A stretch of 10,750 bases of DNA from Candidatus Bipolaricaulia bacterium (GTDB lineage: Bacteria > Bipolaricaulota > Bipolaricaulia > JBHIAT01): contig JBHIAT010000129.1 in the NCBI GenBank assembly GCA_046758705.1, forward strand, positions 1-10,750. Direction: 5' to 3'. Below the pieces are notes generated by a model. The model worked only from the letters and a program-made list of their open reading frames with translations. It made no database searches and was not told where the DNA came from. Every line of letters starts with the position of its first letter. Position 1 is the first letter of the stretch. Below, one piece after another: positions 1-5,707 of this stretch. A program made the position numbers and the translations under genes.

Positions 1-104
1 TCCGGCCCTGATCCAGGGAGCGATGAGGGCGAAGGGGACACAGCCGCGGCTGGGGTTGGGAAATACCAGCTTGTGTCGCAATTGAGCCCGAGCTCACCTG
101 GAAG

Positions 105-143
105 CTCCTACCAAACGGCCGCGTAAGCGAGGTTTGGTAGGAG
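105..143. repeat. Inverted repeat/hairpin with 12-bp perfect arms
   Basis: CTCCTACCAAAC (105-116) pairs with GTTTGGTAGGAG (132-143). The loop holds CGC-GTAA-GCG (120-129), a GNRA-type tetraloop on the + strand. Confidence 0.8.
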
Positions 144-449
144 TAGTTCACTTAGATCTTCACGGACGTACAGGTACACGATGCCAGGACCGCCCAACAG
201 CCACTTCAAGCCCCCGGTCACCAGAAAATCCACGTCGGATTCCTTCACGTCGATCGGGACCTGCCCCGTCGCCTGGTAATCGTCAATGAACAGGTAAGCG
301 CCGTGGCGGTGGGCGATCTCGGCGATCACGTGCTGCGACAACGCGCCCAACGAACAGGTGTTCAAATACGTTTTCTTGTTTAGAATCGGGAACTCTGAGC
401 GCAGTTGCGACCAGTCAGCTTCGGCAAGCGATTGGATTTTGCTCGACAT
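108..449 (-). pseudogene. Internally deleted, C-terminally truncated class-V PLP-dependent enzyme (kynureninase/cysteine desulfurase-like)
   Basis: GAGGTG RBS before ATG 449. The N-terminal motif LRSEFPIL..TYLNTCSLG is joined directly to IAEIAHRHGAYLFIDDYQATGQVPIDV...DFLVTGGLKWLLGGPG (PLP-contacting Asp and Schiff-base Lys region). Only 113 aa against roughly 380-420 aa for this family. Confidence 0.8.
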
Positions 450-483
450 CAGCACCTCGATGAGGTCACTTCAACCATCGCCT

Positions 484-1314
484 TTAGAACCACTCATCCT
501 CCATCGTCAGAAATTCGGTCGCCTCCCGTTTGGCCAGCCGATCGTGTAGCGGATACCGGTCGTTGATCGGAGCCCGGAGAGCGCGGTGTAGCAGCGCTTC
601 AAACAGCGCCTGATTGTCGGCCGCGGTTGCATAATAGCGGGCGTACATCGTATAGTTGCCCAGGAAGCCGGGGTCGAGCTCCAGCGCCCGGACGAAATGC
701 TCCCGCGCCCGCTCCAGGTCTCTGCCAAACAACCGGGGCAACTCTGCGTAGTAGGCACCATAGACTCGATGGATCCCACCGGCGAAGTAGGTTTCATCCA
801 GCTCCAGACTGCGCTCCCACATCGTCCGGAGCGTGGGAAGCGTCCGCAGCGATCGAAACACACCTCTGAACTGAAGCAGCCGACCCCAGTTGGTGGCGGT
901 CCAGAACAGAGCTTCGACGTCGTCAGCGCCTCGCACCGCCTCCCGGAACCCCTCGTCCGCCTCGACCTGGGCAAACTCGGGATCACTGCGCAGGCTGCGC
1001 ATCCCGTACTCTTTCCCTTGATCCAAGACCCGTTCCTGAGCCTCCCGGTCCTGGAGGTGGAAGGCGGCCAGCTCATAATAGGCCTTGCTGAGGCGGTTCA
1101 GCAGGTATCGGTTTCCCGGCTCCTGCTTGAGTGCTGCCTCGTAGATGGCGATCGCTTCCCGCAACCGGGCCTCAATATGTCGGTCCCGGTAAGCCGCGTC
1201 CCCTTGGGCGATCGGTTCGGCCTGCTCCACCGCCATCGCCCAGGCCGGGATCAGAATCAACAGAAGCATCGGGAGAACTGGCCATGGGATCCGGCTTATC
1301 GGATAGACCCCCAT
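484..1314 (-). CDS. Exported TPR protein, TRAP transporter TatT-component-like
   Basis: GAGGT RBS before ATG 1314, hydrophobic signal LPMLLLILIPAWAMA, helical TPR-like segments. Motifs ALFWTATNWG, SLELDETYFAGG.HRVYGAYYAELPRLFGRDLERAREHFVRALELDP and YARYYA resemble TatT-family proteins. Confidence 0.7.
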   Translation of the reverse strand: MGVYPISRIPWPVLPMLLLILIPAWAMAVEQAEPIAQGDAAYRDRHIEARLREAIAIYEAALKQEPGNRYLLNRLSKAYYELAAFHLQDREAQERVLDQGKEYGMRSLRSDPEFAQVEADEGFREAVRGADDVEALFWTATNWGRLLQFRGVFRSLRTLPTLRTMWERSLELDETYFAGGIHRVYGAYYAELPRLFGRDLERAREHFVRALELDPGFLGNYTMYARYYATAADNQALFEALLHRALRAPINDRYPLHDRLAKREATEFLTMEDEWF

Positions 1315-1336
1315 TGGGATACCTCACTTTCTGTTC

Positions 1337-1397
1337 TATATATCGTAATCCTGCCGGTCAGGTCAAGTTGAAAAATCGATCGATCATCGGGTATATC
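1337..1397. promoter_or_regulatory. Putative back-to-back divergent sigma70-type promoters
   Basis: Minus strand: TTGACC (1366-1361), 18 nt, TATATA (1342-1337). Plus strand: TTGAAA (1368-1373), 18 nt, TATATC (1392-1397). Lies in an AT-rich gap between divergent genes. Confidence 0.45.
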
Positions 1398-1441
1398 TTA
1401 AGTAAGGAAGATCACCTGACGACCAGAGGGAGGTGAGCGAG

Positions 1442-1642
1442 GTGATCACAGTGCATCGACCGGGAAACTGGACCGGACACAAGACAAAGCAGATGGAGGT
1501 TGAGGAGTTGCGACAGACGTTCGATGAGGAGGTGGAGTCTCTATTTCGCAAGGGAGCGACGGGGACCTACGAGCGGGTTGAGGTTGAGGAGGTCCAGGAT
1601 AAAGATGAGGTGATGATCCTCAAGCGATTGCGCGGGGGGTAG
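1442..1642 (+). CDS. Small ubiquitin-like (beta-grasp, MoaD/ThiS/SAMP-like) protein with C-terminal RLRGG
   Basis: GGAGGTG RBS ends 6 nt before GTG 1442 (the ORF track uses GTG 1433, which lies inside the RBS). 66 aa ending VQDKDEVMILKRLRGG-stop, matching the xDxDEVxIx(4)GG tail of beta-grasp proteins. Confidence 0.7.
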   Translation: MITVHRPGNWTGHKTKQMEVEELRQTFDEEVESLFRKGATGTYERVEVEEVQDKDEVMILKRLRGG

Positions 1643-1721
1643 ATCGAATTCATCGGGCGGATTCGAACCCTAAGGCCGGGTGCGGAGTAGCCAACGGACG
1701 ATTCGGCGGAAGGAGGGGCTT

Positions 1722-2204
1722 ATGAGTGTGGGGCTCCGGGTCTTCTTTTATGGACTCGGTGCTGTGATGATCATCCTCTTTAGCTTTTTGACAGGCATCG
1801 TGTTCAAGATCGCCATCGCCCTGGGTGTGGTGGGTTTGCTGATCTTGATTCGGGTCTTTATGAGGAATCAACGCAGGGCCGAGCGGTTCCTGGAGGCTGT
1901 CCTCGGGGAGAAGCGGTATCGAGAGTACAAGTCCAAAGGGTTTCTCCTGATCAACGGATATGCGATCACGACGGAGGGGGATGTCTTTGGGTTTCGAGGG
2001 AGTCGGATTGAGCCGTTCGGACTGCGCACCGGCTATCTCTATCCCGGCGATAACATCGTCGCGAGGATCATCTACCTGGACAGCGATCCGCAGAGTATAC
2101 GACGCACAGCCTGCGGGGCGGGCCCTTATCCGCCGGCTGAGGTTGTGGATGCGCTATTGCAAGATCGACGGGAAAGGGAGGAAGAGAGGGGAGAAACGGC
2201 CTGA
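1722..2204 (+). CDS. Hypothetical membrane protein: two N-terminal TM helices plus a ~110-aa soluble domain
   Basis: AAGGAGG RBS before ATG 1722. 160 aa; residues ~5-46 are hydrophobic and are followed by basic RNQRR. Single Cys at residue 131 and a charged C-terminal tail. Confidence 0.8.
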   Translation: MSVGLRVFFYGLGAVMIILFSFLTGIVFKIAIALGVVGLLILIRVFMRNQRRAERFLEAVLGEKRYREYKSKGFLLINGYAITTEGDVFGFRGSRIEPFGLRTGYLYPGDNIVARIIYLDSDPQSIRRTACGAGPYPPAEVVDALLQDRREREEERGETA

Positions 2205-2363
2205 GGGCCAGTGGTCGGACGATCCGATCCAGCCTCGTTCCCCTCTGGATGTCTCTCCGTCATGATGGTGTTTGCCAAGCCAACGTTGTTCACCCGGTTT
2301 CGATGCTTACCCCTGCCTTCCTGATCTGTGCTGGACCGCGTTGCATGACACACAAAGAGGGTG

Positions 2364-3467
2364 ATGATCATGTCAGATTTTCTATCCACGTTGCGGGAGG
2401 GGATGGCGAGCATCTACATTCGCGCCGTGGTCATTTTAGCCGTCTCGATCGGTCTGGCCAAACTGATCGATGTGCTGTTCACCCGGGTGTTACTCCGGGT
2501 GGCCGCCCGGACACAGACGGAGTTGGACAATCGAATCATCAACATGCTACGTCGCCCGATCTTTTACACTCTCCTGCTTGTCGGCCTTCGGCTGGCCATC
2601 TTGCCGATCGTGGCCAACTTGCCGATCGAGGACCAGGAGCAGGCCGGCGTTTATATCTTCGGAGCGATCGGGACGCTGATGGTGCTCATCTGGGTCCGGG
2701 CACTGACACGGATTTCCAAACTGTTCATCGAGAAGGTTGGAGATCAGGCGAATCGCTGGAGGTTCATCACACCTCAGTATGTGCCGTTGTTCCACAACCT
2801 CAGCCGGGTTCTGATATTCGTGATCGGAACGATGCTGGTGTTGTCGATCTGGGAGATCCGGATCACCGGGTTCATCGCCTCGGCAGGCATTGCCGGGTTC
2901 GTCATCGCGTTTGCCGCCCAGGATACCCTGGCCAACTTCTTTGGCGGGTTGTTCATCTACATCGATCGTCCGTACAAGATCGGGGATTACATCACCCTCG
3001 ACTCCGGCGAGAAGGGGGTGGTGGCCGAGATCGGGCTGCGAAGCACCCGGGTTCGAACGAAGGATGACGTCGAGATCATCGTTCCTAACGCCAAGATCGC
3101 GAACGCCAAAATCACCAACGAGAGTGCGCCGCGGGGGTTAACCCGGGTGCGGGCCCCGATCGGGGTCGCCTACGGCTCGGATATCGACCGGGTGCGGGAG
3201 GTGCTCATGGAGATCGCCCAGAAGACCGATCAGGTCGTCGACCGCCCCGAGCCGCGGGTGCGGTTCCGCTCGTTCGGCGACTCCTCGTTGAACTTTGAGC
3301 TGCTCTGCTGGGTCAAGAACCCTCTGCTGCGCGGCCGGGTGCTTGATGCACTGAACACCCAGATCTACAAGCGGTTCCATGAGACAGATATCAAGATCCC
3401 CTTCCCACAGCGGGACCTCCATATCCGGGACCTCCCCGAGCGCGGGAACGGTCGGATAGAACTATGA
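2364..3467 (+). CDS. mscS: Small-conductance mechanosensitive channel, MscS family
   Basis: Multi-TM N-terminus and motifs ASAGIAGFVIAFAAQDTLANFFGG, DRPYKIGDYI, IGLRSTRVRT, IIVPN, IGVAYGSDID, FGDSSLNFEL and IKIPFPQRDLH. Start could be 2361, 2364 or 2370. Confidence 0.93.
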   Translation: MIMSDFLSTLREGMASIYIRAVVILAVSIGLAKLIDVLFTRVLLRVAARTQTELDNRIINMLRRPIFYTLLLVGLRLAILPIVANLPIEDQEQAGVYIFGAIGTLMVLIWVRALTRISKLFIEKVGDQANRWRFITPQYVPLFHNLSRVLIFVIGTMLVLSIWEIRITGFIASAGIAGFVIAFAAQDTLANFFGGLFIYIDRPYKIGDYITLDSGEKGVVAEIGLRSTRVRTKDDVEIIVPNAKIANAKITNESAPRGLTRVRAPIGVAYGSDIDRVREVLMEIAQKTDQVVDRPEPRVRFRSFGDSSLNFELLCWVKNPLLRGRVLDALNTQIYKRFHETDIKIPFPQRDLHIRDLPERGNGRIEL

Positions 3468-3487
3468 TGATGCCTTGCGGTTGGCGG

Positions 3488-3853
3488 TTACCTCTCCTCG
3501 TCGACCTCGACCTCAGTTTCAGTTTCAGTTTCGGGCTCGGCCTCGATCTCGATCTCGATCTCGATCTCGGGCTCGGCCTGGGCCTCGATGGTCGCTCGGT
3601 CGACGCGCAGTATCACCCGGTCGCCGACCCTCTCGATCTCGGTTGCCTGGATCTGATATCGCCTGCGCCGAAACCAAGACCCGGTCCGCACCACGATGCC
3701 GGTCACCGTCCCCAGATTCAGGTTGAGGTAAATATCGTCAACCTTGCCGAACTCCTCAACATTGACGTCGAGGACACGCTTGCCGAGCAAATCCTTGACG
3801 CTGATCTGCTTCAGGTTCCCCCGTCTTGCTTCTCGGCCCGGTTCCTCGGTCAT
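3488..3853 (-). CDS. PRC-barrel domain protein with acidic low-complexity tail
   Basis: GAGGAGG RBS. KDLLGKRVLD...FGKVDDIYLN...GTVTGIVV...IERVGDRVIL is the PRC-barrel pattern. Tail EPEIEIEIEIEAEPETETETEVEVDEER. Confidence 0.85.
   Translation of the reverse strand: MTEEPGREARRGNLKQISVKDLLGKRVLDVNVEEFGKVDDIYLNLNLGTVTGIVVRTGSWFRRRRYQIQATEIERVGDRVILRVDRATIEAQAEPEIEIEIEIEAEPETETETEVEVDEER
3497..3589. repeat. Period-6 coding tandem repeat including (TCAGTT)3 and (CTCGAT)4
   Basis: TCAGTT x3 at 3513-3530 and CTCGAT x4 at 3542-3565, inside a degenerate hexamer run encoding Glu-X dipeptides. Confidence 0.85.
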
Positions 3854-3882
3854 GACGTTTCCCTCCTCATCCCTAATGTATC

Positions 3883-3912
3883 AGCATAGCAATTTCTGTG
3901 AACCTCTATCAA
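3883..3912 (-). promoter_or_regulatory. Putative sigma70-type promoter of the PRC-barrel gene
   Basis: TTGATA (3912-3907), 18 nt, TATGCT (3888-3883), with an extended -10 TG. Confidence 0.5.
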
Positions 3913-3937
3913 CCATGGGATGGGGCACGGTTGCCTG

Positions 3938-4603
3938 TCAACGGGAGATCATGATTCGCAATCGCCCTCCGGCATTCTCCATATGATCGACGACGTTTCC
4001 GATCTTCAGCACGATCTGGATGAGGTGGTATTTGGCGAACGGATCGAGGGTTTGCCCACGGTAAATCATCTTGACAAGCTTCCTCTCGATCAAGTCTGCC
4101 TCATGCTCGCGGTCGTTCACTTGGTTGATCAACGCGGTGATCTCCTCGATCTGATCTCTGGCGAACGAGGTCTCCAAAACCTTCGACAACTTCTCCATCA
4201 TCTCTGCATACGTCTCGGCGGTCTGAATCATCGCTCGGGAGAGTTCAAGGAACGTTTCCCGCATCTCCGCCGGCAGGTCCACCTGCATCAGCTCGAGAAG
4301 CAACGCGGTATCCTGGCAATTATCGGCGATCTGATCCTGTTGCCAGAGAAACTCGAGCAGATCCGAGCGCGCGACCGGCATTATCAGTCGCGACGGCAGT
4401 GCGTTGCGGATCGTTTGTTTGATTTCATCGGCTTCGTGTTCCAGGATGGAGATCGTCTCACTCTCCGGCGTTTGCCCGTCCACGTATCGGTCGATCAGCT
4501 TGGCGAGTTCATGGACCGTCTCTTTGACCTTTTCGGTGTGGAGGTACAACGGCTTGAACGGGGATTTAGAGAACAGCTTGGCAATGGTCCGTTGGAACGG
4601 CAT
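3938..4603 (-). CDS. DUF47/TIGR00153 phosphate-transport regulator (PhoU-like PiT accessory protein)
   Basis: LFSKSPFKPL, duplicated LEHEADEIK / REHEADLIER motifs, PVARSDLL, QDQIAD and IGNVVDHMEN. Directly downstream of the PiT gene. RBS spacing favours ATG 4603 over GTG 4612. Confidence 0.9.
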   Translation of the reverse strand: MPFQRTIAKLFSKSPFKPLYLHTEKVKETVHELAKLIDRYVDGQTPESETISILEHEADEIKQTIRNALPSRLIMPVARSDLLEFLWQQDQIADNCQDTALLLELMQVDLPAEMRETFLELSRAMIQTAETYAEMMEKLSKVLETSFARDQIEEITALINQVNDREHEADLIERKLVKMIYRGQTLDPFAKYHLIQIVLKIGNVVDHMENAGGRLRIMISR

Positions 4604-4632
4604 CTTTTCCACCCCCTCTTACTTTCCCAAAT

Positions 4633-5637
4633 CTACAACCCGAGCGCCCGAAGCGCCACATATATCCCCATCGTCAGGACGGCGGCGGTGGGGACGGTGA
4701 TGATCCAAGCGATGAAAATATCTTGGATCCGTCTCAGGTTCAGCGCCGCGAACCCGCGGGCGAGACCCACACCGATGACCGAGCCCACTAAGGTGTGGGT
4801 CGTCGAGACCGGCAAGCTCAGAGACGAGGCGATCAGGACCCCAGTGGCGGCGCCGAACTCAGCGCTGAACCCACTGATGGGAACGAGGGTGGTGATCTGT
4901 TTGCCCACCGTCTCGATCACCCGATACCCCCAACTGGTGACGCCGATGACGATCCCGCCTCCCCCTAAAGCGAGCAACCACAGCGGGATTTGGGATCCCG
5001 TTCCGCCCAACGCCACAGCCATCGGCCCGATCGCGTTGGCGACGTCGTTTGAACCGTGAGCAAAGGCCACGTATCCAGCCGATAGGATCTGCAATGTGGC
5101 AAATATCCTGGTTAATCTCCTGTATCTTACCCGATGGAGCATGGTGATCACAATCAGCTTGAAGGTCAAAAAAGCGAGCAGGCCGCCCACCAACGGCGAG
5201 ACCACCCAGCTGGCGACGATTTTGAGCAAGACTTTCCAGGCAATCTGCTGGACACCCACCGAGACCAGCCCAAAGCCGAGCGTCGCCCCCACGATCGAGT
5301 GGGTGGTAGAGACCGGCACCCCTCGCAAGGTGGCCAGGGTAATGAACAGGCCGGCTGCCAGGAGCGTCGCCAGGCCCCCCACGGCAACGACGTCCGCCTC
5401 CAGGGTGTCTAGGGGGACGATCGCCTTGGCCACCGTCTTCGTCACCCGGGATCCGAAGAAGACCGCGCCGACGAATTCCAGGCTCCCCGCGATGAGAACC
5501 ACCTGCCAGATGCGCAGGGCCCCACTTCCCACCGAGGTTCCCATCGCATTCGCCAGATCGTTGGCCCCGATGTTCCACGCCATATAAAATCCGACGATCA
5601 GGATCACGATCGCGATGGGATCGAATATCTCGATCAT
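4633..5637 (-). CDS. pit: Inorganic phosphate transporter, PiT/PHO4 family
   Basis: Paired signatures IGANDLANAMGTSVGSG and HGSNDVANAIG, and paired PVSTTH motifs. Strongly hydrophobic, compact 334-aa form. Confidence 0.95.
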   Translation of the reverse strand: MIEIFDPIAIVILIVGFYMAWNIGANDLANAMGTSVGSGALRIWQVVLIAGSLEFVGAVFFGSRVTKTVAKAIVPLDTLEADVVAVGGLATLLAAGLFITLATLRGVPVSTTHSIVGATLGFGLVSVGVQQIAWKVLLKIVASWVVSPLVGGLLAFLTFKLIVITMLHRVRYRRLTRIFATLQILSAGYVAFAHGSNDVANAIGPMAVALGGTGSQIPLWLLALGGGGIVIGVTSWGYRVIETVGKQITTLVPISGFSAEFGAATGVLIASSLSLPVSTTHTLVGSVIGVGLARGFAALNLRRIQDIFIAWIITVPTAAVLTMGIYVALRALGL

Positions 5638-5707
5638 GAGACCGACTCAGTGGGGGCGATGGCTCCACCGACTCCTCTCAAATCTCGATCCAAATCACAC
5701 CCTCGAG

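Noticed and set aside
1659-1670. GGGTTCGAATCC on the minus strand, resembling a tRNA T-loop
   Set aside because: Only two stem pairs close the loop, and no acceptor stem, anticodon arm or CCA can be built.
2205-2360. Possible ncRNA or leader upstream of mscS
   Set aside because: No recognisable riboswitch motif, strong terminator or clear promoter.
2249-3067. 272-aa plus-strand ORF overlapping mscS
   Set aside because: Alternative-frame ORF rich in Arg/Gly/His, with no RBS or domain evidence.
3464-3889. Plus-strand ORFs with DLDLDL or RSRSRS repeats
   Set aside because: Other-frame readings of the hexamer repeat; the minus frame has an RBS, a promoter and the PRC-barrel motif.
3920-5668. 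ORFs 3920-5059 (+) and 4859-5668 (-)
   Set aside because: They overlap the well-supported DUF47 and pit genes in antisense or alternative frames and have no recognisable motifs.
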